NCBI GenBank assembly: GCA_036677065.1
Contig: JAKFBS010000001.1
Location: forward strand, 448,001-512,000
DNA: 64,000 nucleotides
Reading direction: 5' to 3'
Source of the DNA: Bdellovibrio sp.
GTDB lineage: Bacteria; Bdellovibrionota; Bdellovibrionia; Bdellovibrionales; Bdellovibrionaceae
Each line of letters starts with the position of its first letter. Position 1 is the stretch's first letter. Of the stretch, positions 1-10,275 are shown piece after piece. Position numbers and translations under genes: made by a program. The notes under the pieces are model-generated. The model saw nothing but the letters and a program-made list of their open reading frames with translations. It ran no database searches and was not told the origin of the DNA.

Positions 1-1
1 C

Positions 2-1057
2 GTGGGTGTGCCTGGTGTAACGCTTCGACAATATAATGTGGTTGCCGGTCAAAACTGTAATGTTAATGGCGACAATACTTATGTATGTACTGAAAACGGC
101 CGCTCAATCGGCAATATTGGTTACAGCAGCTTACAAAATTTTTGCGAAATCTTAATGAATGATCAAGCAAATGGATATGTGGCTCGTTACACACGTCAAA
201 TGATGTATCAAGAGCAATGTTCTGGAGCGCAAAACAACGGTTTTTGTGGTGCTGGCGCAGTTATGCAAAATGGCGTTTGTGTGAATAACAACGGAAACTT
301 TCCGGGCACAATTAATCCAGGCAACGGAACTATTATCAATGACCCAAATATGAAATCAGTATCTTGCCAGTTGTATGTTAAAAAAGGCAATACGATGGGT
401 GATACAGGTTTAATGAATGTGCAAGTTATTCAAAATAACCAATCTGGAGTAAATATTTTTGCGTTTACTAACGCTCAGTACAAAAAGAAATTTTTAGGCT
501 TTATTAATGTACAGGGTAATAAATTTTCTAATTCTGAAAAATTAGCTAACGTAAAAATGTATTACACTAAAGAAACCGGTAAAGCTGATATGATCAAACT
601 AGAAGCTACTGGAGTTGATGGAGAGTTAAGCGCGTCAGTAACTGGTTTTGCTGGTTCTGAAACTAAACTTGAGATCGCACCGCAAGATGAATACAGCGAT
701 GCAACAACACTTGGAATTTCTTGTGTGGCTCAAGGAGCAACAACTGGTAATGCTCAAGCTTATAAAGCTTACCGTTGTAAAGGCGAAGAAAAAGATGGAA
801 CTAAAGTAACTAAAATTGATTATGCGAGCCCATACAATGACGACATTATGAATCAGTCATTTGATTTAAGTAAGTCAGCAAAGTTACACACTGAAGGATC
901 TCTTGCTACAGACGCAGGAACTGCAACGTTCGAACAAATCGCACGTTACGGAATTGACTCTTCAGTTAGCACAAAATCAAACATCACGACGCCGTCGTCT
1001 GTGAGTGTTCGCCGTGCAAACTACAAATTAAATGTTGAGTGTAAACCAGTTCAGTAG
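2..1057 (+). CDS. Hypothetical Cys/Asn/Gly-rich protein, probably exported; 5' end lies outside the window
   Basis: 351-codon open frame from the window edge, followed by a strong terminator; no family recognised. Confidence 0.75.
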   Translation: MGVPGVTLRQYNVVAGQNCNVNGDNTYVCTENGRSIGNIGYSSLQNFCEILMNDQANGYVARYTRQMMYQEQCSGAQNNGFCGAGAVMQNGVCVNNNGNFPGTINPGNGTIINDPNMKSVSCQLYVKKGNTMGDTGLMNVQVIQNNQSGVNIFAFTNAQYKKKFLGFINVQGNKFSNSEKLANVKMYYTKETGKADMIKLEATGVDGELSASVTGFAGSETKLEIAPQDEYSDATTLGISCVAQGATTGNAQAYKAYRCKGEEKDGTKVTKIDYASPYNDDIMNQSFDLSKSAKLHTEGSLATDAGTATFEQIARYGIDSSVSTKSNITTPSSVSVRRANYKLNVECKPVQ

Positions 1058-1104
1058 TTGTTGGTTGTTCTGGTCTTTCGACCTAAAATTCTATGAGATT
1101 TAAA

Positions 1105-1133
1105 CAAAGGGTCTTAGCAATAAGACCCTTTTG
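1105..1133 (+). terminator. Intrinsic terminator
   Basis: AAAGGGTCTTA-GCAA-TAAGACCCTTT(T) hairpin downstream of the first ORF. Confidence 0.85.
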
Positions 1134-1159
1134 TCGTCTTATTGCGTTAAATATCTGTA

Positions 1160-1188
1160 TTGACCATAAAATTCTAAATTCCTAGACT
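1160..1188 (+). promoter_or_regulatory. Sigma-70-type promoter for mreB
   Basis: TTGACC-17 nt-TAGACT. Confidence 0.55.
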
Positions 1189-1205
1189 TAAACGATAGCA
1201 ACTAG

Positions 1206-2276
<1,071 letters not shown>

Positions 2277-2285
2277 TATTGAAGA

Positions 2286-3614
2286 ATGCCGATTGAATCC
2301 TTCAAAAAACTTTGGGTAAGTTGCCACTTACTTTATCCGAATCCATCGCAAGCGCGCGATATTTTCGGTTTGATTGTTGAATCAGGCATTGATCATAAAA
2401 GTTCTGCGTATGGCCAAGTTTTTCAGGGCCTTCAAAAATTATATAAAATTTATCGTCGTCGGATCCCGGTAAAATCGGGATCTAATAATTTTGAATTCAC
2501 AATGACGCCAATGAATTACTGGAAGCGCGTCTTACAAAAATGCAATAAAGACGAAACCTTTATCGTGATGGTGATTCTTTTAGAACTAGCCACGTTTAAA
2601 GATATTTCGCGCATGACTCGTATTGCTGAAAGCAAAGTTAAATATTTATTTAATCAAAGTATTAAAAAAATGATTTCTTCGCCGGCCTTACGCTTCGAGC
2701 AAAAAAAAGAAATTAAACTTAAAGAATACAACAGCCACGATATAACAGCCTTATTTGTCAGTGAATATTTGATTGAATACACCTTGGGTTTAACTGAAGG
2801 TTCTGTGGCTGAAAAAATGGAAGCTAAGCTTAAAGATAATAATCGCTATGCAGATTATCGTAGCGAAATCTTAAAATTTAAAGCCGAGCTCGTTGATTTA
2901 ACTGTCAGTCATCACTTTGATGAAGTGATGAAGATCTATGGTAATACAGCGCAGTTACAGAATTTAAAAAAATTAGAAGTTAAACAGCAAAAAAGAATTT
3001 TTACAGGGCTCGTGTTTTTAATCATAATCGTCATCGGTTTGATTTTACGGCCATCGTTTTTAAAAACCCCGATGAGCGAAATTAAAGCCACTAAAGTTGT
3101 TTTAGAAGAAATTGAAATTTCAAAAAAAGAAGCTCCTGAGGGCCAAGAAATATCAACTGCGGCAGCTACAAGTATGACAACCACTGTTTCTATACCTGTT
3201 GTGGTCAGCAACAAAGTGGTGGCCGTGACTTCAGCTCCGGTTGTGGCGAAAGCAAAACCAATCATTACCGCAGCTACAAAAAATAATACGGCCGCTTCGA
3301 CGCCGGTGAAAATGGTTGCGACGACGGGAGTCTATCGCGGCTCTATTACCGTAACAGATTTCGAACAGGTCACGTCTATTATTCGTGACCGTGTTATCGC
3401 TGTCGGTGGCAAAAAAGCCGGCGAAGTTGAGTTAGGTTGGATTAAAAATCAGAATATCAGCTATTTTCATTTTATTTTTCCGACTGAAAAGCGTGGAGAG
3501 ATCGTAACTTTTGTTCAGCAATACGGAAACTTAAAATATAAATTTGAACCACATCCGCGGGTGCTGCCATTAGGTCAAAGTCGTTTCATTATCGAGGTAC
3601 GTAAAGGTGAGTAA
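2286..3614 (+). CDS. Single-pass membrane protein with an ECF-sigma-like and anti-sigma-like N-terminal half
   Basis: Region-4-like FKDISRMTRIAESKVKYLFNQSIKKM, TM helix IFTGLVFLIIIVIGLIL, Ala/Val/Thr-rich linker; functional call tentative. Confidence 0.55.
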   Translation: MPIESFKKLWVSCHLLYPNPSQARDIFGLIVESGIDHKSSAYGQVFQGLQKLYKIYRRRIPVKSGSNNFEFTMTPMNYWKRVLQKCNKDETFIVMVILLELATFKDISRMTRIAESKVKYLFNQSIKKMISSPALRFEQKKEIKLKEYNSHDITALFVSEYLIEYTLGLTEGSVAEKMEAKLKDNNRYADYRSEILKFKAELVDLTVSHHFDEVMKIYGNTAQLQNLKKLEVKQQKRIFTGLVFLIIIVIGLILRPSFLKTPMSEIKATKVVLEEIEISKKEAPEGQEISTAAATSMTTTVSIPVVVSNKVVAVTSAPVVAKAKPIITAATKNNTAASTPVKMVATTGVYRGSITVTDFEQVTSIIRDRVIAVGGKKAGEVELGWIKNQNISYFHFIFPTEKRGEIVTFVQQYGNLKYKFEPHPRVLPLGQSRFIIEVRKGE

Positions 3615-5547
3615 AAAGAAAACTTCAACTTTAGGTAAGAATTATCGCTCGCTAAGATCAATTTTAATTGTCTGGTTTACATTGTTTTCGATTATTCCTT
3701 TATTGTTTGTGGGTTGGTATTCAGTTTTTAAATTCGAAAAAGCCTTTGACCAGGAAGTTTCTCAGCGTTTACAGGGTAATGGCCGCGAAATTGAATCGAT
3801 CTTGGCTGATTATTATCGCGCAGTGCAAACGCAAAAAGACCGTTATGCGATTGACCCCCAGGTGGCGGCATCGCTGGCTATGGCCGACCGGGGCTCATTA
3901 AATAGTATTTCTATTGATTGGATCAGCCGCAGCCCGATTACGGCATTGTCATTTTATGACCGCGACGGGCGTTTGATCACTACTTCGTACCGTGACGATA
4001 AAAATCAGATTCGTCATTTTGAATTAACAGCCGAAAAGATTTTATTAAATGAAAAATATTTATCAAATTTAAAAGACAAAACAGACATTGGCTTTGTTGA
4101 TGAATCAAAAACCAAGGTTTCGTTAATTTTATTCTCAAAAGTGATGAATGCTAATGGTAAACACGTTGGTTATTTTGAACAAATCATAGAGTTAAAAGAA
4201 TCATTTTTAACGCGTGTTCGGTCGCGTTTAAAAATCGAATCTTTTTTAATTTCAGATAAAAAAGAAATGATCGCGGCTTCGCGTAATGAATTTCGCGGAA
4301 TCAACTTAGTTGGCAGCAAAATTTCTGATGATAAATTAGTAGATTATAATCTTTATAATCAAAATTACGGCTTTATTTTGTACCCCTTAAGCTGGGACAG
4401 ATCGAAATTCTTTATCGGTCTTGGAACCTTAAAAAAAGACTCACAAGCCATTTTAAAAAATGTAAATATCGCTTTCGTGACAGTCGTCTCGGTAGTTTCG
4501 GTGTTTCTGATCCTAACAATTTTAATCACTACGAACTGGTTCTTAAAGCCGGTTGAACGTTTAATGAATGGGTTCAAATCGTTTGATCGCAATGAACAGC
4601 TGACCCAGCTTCCGGTAAATAATAAAACAGAAATTGGTCTTTTAACAGAAGCCTTCAATGAAATGAGTTATAAAGTATTTCAGGCGCGAATGGATTTACG
4701 TAAAAAAATTAAAGAGCTTGAGAAAACAAATTCTGAACTTGTCGAAGCCCAAACCAAACTAGTTCATTCAGCGAAAATGACAAGCTTAGGTCAGCTTGTG
4801 GCCGGTGTTGCACACGAATTAAATAATCCGATTGGCTTTATTTACAGTAATATGACGCATTTAAAAGAATACACTGACAATCTTTTTAACGTGATTGATT
4901 CAGTCAAAGATCAAGACCCAGAAGTTCGAAAAAAAATCTCTGATATGGATTACGAATTCGTCAAATCAGATCTGCCTAGGTTAATTAAATCTTGCCAAGA
5001 CGGTGCACAAAGAACCCGTGATATCGTGATTGGTCTGCGCAACTTCTCACGTTTAGAAGAGGCCCAGCTCAAAGAAATCGATATTCAGGAATCTTTAGAC
5101 ACCACGCTTGAAATTTTACAGAGTGAAATTAAAAACCGCATTGTCGTGCATAAGCAGTATGAACCGATTCCAAAAGTATTGTGTTTTGCTTCGCAAATTA
5201 ATCAGGTTTTTATGAATATTTTAGCCAATGCTTTGCAGGCAATTAAAGATAATGGCGAAATCTGGATTACCACTATTCCGTTAAAGGCCGGTCCTGATCA
5301 AATTGGCAGAGTACAAATCTCTGTGCAAGATTCTGGATCTGGAATGGATGCACAAACTTTAGAAAAAATCTTTGAGCCATTCTTTACGACCAAAGGTGTC
5401 GGGCAAGGCACGGGGTTGGGATTAAGTATTTCATACGGAATTATCCAAAATCACGGCGGCGAGATTCAGGTGCGGTCACAAAAAGGGGTAGGCACTGAGT
5501 TCGTAATCATTATTCCGATCAATCCGCCAAAAAATTTGCGCGTTTGA
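3607..5547 (+). CDS. Membrane sensor histidine kinase (periplasmic sensor, HAMP, HisKA, HATPase)
   Basis: Two TM helices, HAMP EIGLLTEAFNEM, H-box GVAHELNNP, N-box QVFMNILANA, G-boxes DSGSG and GTGLGL. Confidence 0.95.
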   Translation: MSKKKTSTLGKNYRSLRSILIVWFTLFSIIPLLFVGWYSVFKFEKAFDQEVSQRLQGNGREIESILADYYRAVQTQKDRYAIDPQVAASLAMADRGSLNSISIDWISRSPITALSFYDRDGRLITTSYRDDKNQIRHFELTAEKILLNEKYLSNLKDKTDIGFVDESKTKVSLILFSKVMNANGKHVGYFEQIIELKESFLTRVRSRLKIESFLISDKKEMIAASRNEFRGINLVGSKISDDKLVDYNLYNQNYGFILYPLSWDRSKFFIGLGTLKKDSQAILKNVNIAFVTVVSVVSVFLILTILITTNWFLKPVERLMNGFKSFDRNEQLTQLPVNNKTEIGLLTEAFNEMSYKVFQARMDLRKKIKELEKTNSELVEAQTKLVHSAKMTSLGQLVAGVAHELNNPIGFIYSNMTHLKEYTDNLFNVIDSVKDQDPEVRKKISDMDYEFVKSDLPRLIKSCQDGAQRTRDIVIGLRNFSRLEEAQLKEIDIQESLDTTLEILQSEIKNRIVVHKQYEPIPKVLCFASQINQVFMNILANALQAIKDNGEIWITTIPLKAGPDQIGRVQISVQDSGSGMDAQTLEKIFEPFFTTKGVGQGTGLGLSISYGIIQNHGGEIQVRSQKGVGTEFVIIIPINPPKNLRV

Positions 5548-5576
5548 TTCATTCTGAGACAGATGCCTAAACTATT

Positions 5577-5604
5577 TTAAGTTCATCCAGGTTTATGCCG
5601 ATAA
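5577..5604 (+). promoter_or_regulatory. FliA (sigma-28)-type promoter
   Basis: TTAAG-15 nt-GCCGATAA, a perfect sigma-28 -10 box. Confidence 0.65.
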
Positions 5605-5611
5605 GCTAGAC

Positions 5612-6172
5612 GTGCAAGGCATCAATAAATTTCTTAATTTAGTGATCATTTTAGGTTGTGTGGTAATCGGTTATTTTTTTTATCAGGCCAAAACTGAAAA
5701 TGATAAATCAGTTCGAGCTCAGCAGCATTCTGCAGAGCAAAGTTCTGTGCGCCCTGCAATGGATCCGCAAGATTTAGCCAATAAATATCTGCAGCAAGCC
5801 CAGCAAAATTTAGCAGCTGATAAGATCAAAGCCGAGATCAACATTAAAAAAGCAATGATTGAATCTCAACAGGCGCATCATCCAAAAGTTGTTGAAACCG
5901 ATCCATCTAAGGTGCCAATCGATCAACAGATTTGGAAAGAACCAGTTGAGCAGAAGCCGCTTGATCAGCGCTATTCAGAACATTTAGCTCCTAAAAATGG
6001 CGAAATCGACAAGCAAGAATACATTCGCCAATTTAAAGAAAATGCACGCAAAAATGGTTATGAAATCACGGTGAACGAGGATCTTGAAGTCACAAGCGTT
6101 ACGCCCATTCGTAAACCACAAAATTCAAAAAACGACTATGATTCAAATGGTTCGTCTGAATCAGAATACTAA
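5612..6172 (+). CDS. Hypothetical membrane-anchored protein
   Basis: GTG start, N-terminal hydrophobic helix, Gln/Lys-rich body. Confidence 0.75.
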   Translation: MQGINKFLNLVIILGCVVIGYFFYQAKTENDKSVRAQQHSAEQSSVRPAMDPQDLANKYLQQAQQNLAADKIKAEINIKKAMIESQQAHHPKVVETDPSKVPIDQQIWKEPVEQKPLDQRYSEHLAPKNGEIDKQEYIRQFKENARKNGYEITVNEDLEVTSVTPIRKPQNSKNDYDSNGSSESEY

Positions 6173-6212
6173 AACAGTTTAGCTTCGCTTCCTAAAATAG
6201 TTTAGCTTCGCT
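6169..6212. repeat. 21-bp imperfect direct repeat duplicating the radC 3' end
   Basis: CTAAAACAGTTTAGCTTCGCT (6169-6189) and CTAAAATAGTTTAGCTTCGCT (6192-6212). Confidence 0.9.
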
Positions 6213-6608
6213 AAAACTAAAATACTTATCTTGCGTGTAAATCATGTGATCTAGGATGGGAATTTCTAATAACTTTGCACATCGTAATAGTTTTTTTGTA
6301 ATACGAACGTCTTCAAGTGATGGTTCAACACTTTGGCTTGTGTGATTGTGCGCAATAATTATCGCATAACAGTTTGCATGCACAGCTTCGCGAAACAAAT
6401 CGCGCGGGTGAATCTTACATGAATTTAATGTTCCCTTGTGCAGCATGACGGTTTTTATGAGTTCCATCTGATGTGTTAAGTACACACCCCAGAACTCTTC
6501 GGTATGGGGATTAAAGTTAGGTCGAAGCAGTTCAAATACTTTTTGAGCATTATCGATAATCTGATTAGGTTTGGCGCTGAAATCGCTATCGGCGGGGATC
6601 TTAGTCAT
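6192..6608 (-). CDS. radC: RadC-like JAB/MPN domain protein (short form)
   Basis: EEFW, IHPRDLF, AHNHTS...PSLED, LDHMI motifs. Confidence 0.9.
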   Translation of the reverse strand: MTKIPADSDFSAKPNQIIDNAQKVFELLRPNFNPHTEEFWGVYLTHQMELIKTVMLHKGTLNSCKIHPRDLFREAVHANCYAIIIAHNHTSQSVEPSLEDVRITKKLLRCAKLLEIPILDHMIYTQDKYFSFSEAKLF

Positions 6609-6736
6609 AATGGCTTTTTAGCAACATAACGACCTAAGTGAGGCAAATTATATTGTTTGTCGCACTTGATTATCGTCCGGAAGATCGCTTCTCGTTTTCA
6701 TTCGGATCGTCTATGATTATTATTAAGAGGTACATC

Positions 6737-7327
6737 ATGAAAACTTTTGTTCTACTTGTTATTGTTTCTTTATCAATTTTATCGTGCGGTCCGAAAGCGT
6801 TTGTAAAAGGCACTTACGAAGATCCACAAAAAGAAAATCTTTTAAATGACCAATGGTCTGAAACAGACATGCAAGTCATGGTGAAAGAACTTGTGGCTTC
6901 AATGTTAGCTCACCCAGTGATCGCTAACGCAAAAACTCCACCGGTTGTGATGTTCACTAAACTTAAAAACGATACGAGCGATCATATCGACACACAAAGC
7001 ATTATCGACATGATGGCGGTTGAACTTGGTAACACGGGTAAAATCGTATTCGTAAATAAAGAAGCGCGTGATGACGTTGCAGACGAATATAACTATCAAA
7101 ACTCGGGAATGGTTTCTGCTGAAACTAAAAAAGGGCCGGGCGGTCAAACTGGAGCAGATTACTTCATCGACGGTCGTATCGCTTCTATTACTCAGCAAGT
7201 AGATAAAGATAAAACTGTGTATTACAAACTTACTTTGAGTTTAACGAATCTTCAAAAGAACACGAAGGTTTGGTCTAATCATAAAGAGATTCGTAAGAAG
7301 TTTAAGAAGAAAACTATTGGTCTTTAA
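6737..7327 (+). CDS. lpoB: Penicillin-binding protein activator LpoB-family lipoprotein
   Basis: Lipobox ILSC, WSETD, NDTSDHID, GADY...G.IASI, YYKLTLSL; GAGG RBS before ATG 6737. Confidence 0.8.
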   Translation: MKTFVLLVIVSLSILSCGPKAFVKGTYEDPQKENLLNDQWSETDMQVMVKELVASMLAHPVIANAKTPPVVMFTKLKNDTSDHIDTQSIIDMMAVELGNTGKIVFVNKEARDDVADEYNYQNSGMVSAETKKGPGGQTGADYFIDGRIASITQQVDKDKTVYYKLTLSLTNLQKNTKVWSNHKEIRKKFKKKTIGL

Positions 7328-7334
7328 TTGATCG

Positions 7335-7367
7335 AAAGGGCTCTGATCAACTCAGGGCCTTTTTTTT
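7335..7367 (+). terminator. Intrinsic terminator of lpoB
   Basis: AAAGGGCTCTGA-loop-TCAGGGCC followed by a T8 run. Confidence 0.8.
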
Positions 7368-7440
7368 ATCTAAAATTCAAATTTTTAGCGCAAGAGAGAT
7401 GAGCGAAGTGAGAACTTCGTATGATTCAGCTTTTTGTTAC

Positions 7441-7465
7441 AAAAAAGCCGGCTTTTGGCCGGCTT
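7441..7465 (-). terminator. Intrinsic terminator of the phaR-like gene
   Basis: AAGCCGGC-TTTTG-GCCGGCTT with an A-run on the left (U-tract on the minus strand). Confidence 0.8.
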
Positions 7466-7470
7466 AGTAA

Positions 7471-8028
7471 TTACTGATTAAAATTTTGATTGCTGCTAGT
7501 TGGAAGAGGAAGATTTGGTGTCTCTTCTTCTTGGCTCGAACCAGGAAGCACAGTCGCTTTTTCAGCTACAACTTTTGAAGTTGCATCCGCCGTATTAAGG
7601 CGAGCAGCTGAAGCTACGCGGTTTTCCAAGTTTTGCTTAAGATCATCAGTTGATGCTCTTTCAACATTTACAGTTACAGCAGCTTGTTTAGTCATGTAGT
7701 CGATTGGGAATGCACCCAATTTAGCTAAATAACTAGAAATGCTTCCGTTACCATGTTGAATGATTTCGCGTAATGTGAAAAGCGGAGCGTACTGAGAAGC
7801 TTTTTTCTCTGATTCAAAAATGATCTGAGTTAAAGTTGCTGCAGTAATATCATTTTTCGACTTATTGTCGATAACCATCACTTCTTCGTTAGAGCGAATC
7901 ATCTTCGCGATATCATCCAGCGTTACGTAACAGCTTTGTTTAGTGTCATAAAGCTTACGATTTTGATAGCGCTTGATAATCTTAACTTTTGCGCTTGGTT
8001 TTGTGTTCAAACTATCCATTTGATTCAT
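7471..8028 (-). CDS. PHB/PHA accumulation regulator (PhaR-like) DNA-binding domain protein
   Basis: IIKRYQNRKLYDT..SCYVTLDDI...VIDNKS..DIT...LTQII signature; GGAGG RBS before 8028. Confidence 0.88.
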   Translation of the reverse strand: MNQMDSLNTKPSAKVKIIKRYQNRKLYDTKQSCYVTLDDIAKMIRSNEEVMVIDNKSKNDITAATLTQIIFESEKKASQYAPLFTLREIIQHGNGSISSYLAKLGAFPIDYMTKQAAVTVNVERASTDDLKQNLENRVASAARLNTADATSKVVAEKATVLPGSSQEEETPNLPLPTSSNQNFNQ

Positions 8029-8402
8029 CACAACGGCCTCCATTTGCCAGGTTATTACCTTAATTTCAGACCTTAAAGAGCTAAACAAGATGAAGATTTC
8101 TAAAGCCTAAAACTGAAGCTTTTCGCCTATTTATTCGATGGCAAGTTAGCCCTGGCGCCACCCTATGTCAAGTAAGTCGACAGTTTATATAAGTGAATAG
8201 GTTAAATGACAAAGTATGCCTAAATGCCTTATAATTAAGGTCATTTTTACCCTACCCAAGATGAAATAAAACTTAGTATTTTCATATACTTAGATATAAA
8301 TAAAAAATGGTCTAGTTTTTTCTTAAATTTTTCTTAAAAGCCGTTGACTCAAATTTTGGGGTCTAGTTTTGCGAAATCATCACACATTCCAACGCCCTAG
8401 AC

Positions 8403-8431
8403 TCGAGCATCTGAGCGGTTTCTGCCGATAA
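8403..8431 (+). promoter_or_regulatory. FliA (sigma-28)-type promoter
   Basis: TCGAG-16 nt-GCCGATAA upstream of the TPR gene. Confidence 0.55.
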
Positions 8432-8451
8432 ATCCCGTAATAGGAGTGTTC

Positions 8452-10275
8452 ATGAAAACTCTCAAAATTTCGGGCGTACTAAGTTTGTTTTTTATCACAG
8501 CGTGTGTTTCGACACCGTACCCCTACTATGACTCATCAATGAATGATCACAATCGTGCACCGGCATCACTTGGTGTTCCGCAAAGTGCGTCAGAGATTGA
8601 TGAAAGTAGTGTTGAAAAACAAGCGCAGGCAGATTTTTTATTTTTAAAAGCAGATTTAGAATCATCAGATGGCGAACAAGCGTCATCAATCGAAAATTTA
8701 AAATCAGCAATTCAGATAGATCCAGATTCTGTAGTTTTGATGCAGAAGCTTTCTGTTGAGTATTATAAAAAAGGTCAAGTAACTGACGCCATCTATTGGA
8801 TTTCAAAAGCTTTAGATAAAGACCCCAAAAGAAAAGACAATCTTTTGTTGTTTGGTTCGATGTTAATGGCCAAAAAAGAATTCGATAAAGCTGAAGTAGC
8901 TTATAGCAAAATTGTAAAGAGTTACCCAAATGATGCAGAAGCTTATTTGTACTTAGGGGCCTTACACTCTGAAAAAAACGATTTCGCAAAAGCACATAAG
9001 TATTTTAGCAAAGTGATCACAATCGGCACTTATGAGCCAAAACATTTACCGTATTACTATCGTGCGCGTTCAATTTTAGATTCTGGCAAAAAAGAATTAT
9101 TTGGCTCGGCAAAAAAAGATTTAACTAAAGTTTTTGAGCAAAAACCGGATTTTTTAGAAGCGATTCAGATATATTCAAGCATCATTGAAAAAACCGAAGG
9201 TAAACAAGCGGTTTTTAAATTCTATATTGATTATCAAAAAAAATACGGATCAGTGACTCGTTTAGCTGAAGTCTTGTCACAATATTATATTGAAAAAGAT
9301 CAATACGATAAAGCTTACGAACAATTAGAGTTTATCGAAGCTAACACTGATGATCCAATTCAGGTTAAATTAAAAATGGCTTTAATCCTAATCGATAAAA
9401 AGAATTATGGTAAGGCGATGACTAAACTTGAAGAGTTAAATGTGGTTGTGCCCGAGTCAGATAAAGTGAAATTCTATTTATCTGCTGTTTATGAAGAATT
9501 AAAACAACCAGAAAAAGCTATTCAAAGTTATTTGTCGATTCAGCCTACAAGCAATCATTATGATGATGCTCGTGTGCGCGCTGCGTTTTTACTTAAGAAT
9601 ACACAACAATTAGATAAAGCTTTAAAAACAATGAAAGACGCTGTAGCCAATAAAAAAGAAAATTTACAGCTTCATTTTATGTTAGCACAGATCCAAGAAG
9701 ACAGTACTCAGTATACCGACGCTGTTGTAACTTTAAAAAAAGCTGATGATCAGTTTCCAAAAAACACGCAAGTGCATTACTTTTTAGGAACACTGTATGA
9801 TCGTCTTGAGAAAAAAGATTTAATGCTTAAACATATGCGCCAAGCGGTAAATTATGATGAAAAAAATCATCAAGCTATGAATTACGTAGCGTATTCGATC
9901 ACTGAAATGGGTGGCGATTTAGCTGAAGCTGAACAATTAGCTTTAAAAGCCTATTCATTACAAAAAGATGATGCGTTTATTATCGATACACTAGGTTGGG
10001 TGTATTACAAAAAAGGCGAATACGTAAAAGCTTTAAATTATATCGAAAAAGCTCATGAACTTTCACCAGATGTCGGTGTGATTGCCGAGCACTTGGGTGA
10101 TGTGTATTTAAAACTTCAAAAAGATGATAAAGCACGTAACGCTTATTTAAGAGCGCGTAAAGAAGAAAAAGACACTGCTCGCCTGAAAACTTTAGACGGA
10201 AAAATCACTTCGCTTGAACAATTGGATTCGTCTTCGAAACGTAGCCCAGCTGCGTCTGATACTTCTTACCCATAA
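8452..10275 (+). CDS. Tetratricopeptide-repeat lipoprotein
   Basis: Lipobox FITAC, many TPR units, AMNYVAYS and IIDTLGWVYY, HLGDVY motifs; AGGAG RBS. Confidence 0.92.
   Translation: MKTLKISGVLSLFFITACVSTPYPYYDSSMNDHNRAPASLGVPQSASEIDESSVEKQAQADFLFLKADLESSDGEQASSIENLKSAIQIDPDSVVLMQKLSVEYYKKGQVTDAIYWISKALDKDPKRKDNLLLFGSMLMAKKEFDKAEVAYSKIVKSYPNDAEAYLYLGALHSEKNDFAKAHKYFSKVITIGTYEPKHLPYYYRARSILDSGKKELFGSAKKDLTKVFEQKPDFLEAIQIYSSIIEKTEGKQAVFKFYIDYQKKYGSVTRLAEVLSQYYIEKDQYDKAYEQLEFIEANTDDPIQVKLKMALILIDKKNYGKAMTKLEELNVVVPESDKVKFYLSAVYEELKQPEKAIQSYLSIQPTSNHYDDARVRAAFLLKNTQQLDKALKTMKDAVANKKENLQLHFMLAQIQEDSTQYTDAVVTLKKADDQFPKNTQVHYFLGTLYDRLEKKDLMLKHMRQAVNYDEKNHQAMNYVAYSITEMGGDLAEAEQLALKAYSLQKDDAFIIDTLGWVYYKKGEYVKALNYIEKAHELSPDVGVIAEHLGDVYLKLQKDDKARNAYLRARKEEKDTARLKTLDGKITSLEQLDSSSKRSPAASDTSYP

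Noticed and set aside
6169..6212. CRISPR-like direct repeat
   Set aside because: Only two copies with a 2-nt gap and no cas genes
6192..6608. JAB protein as part of a CBASS or other defence system
   Set aside because: RadC-type motifs and no cyclase, E1/E2 or effector genes adjacent
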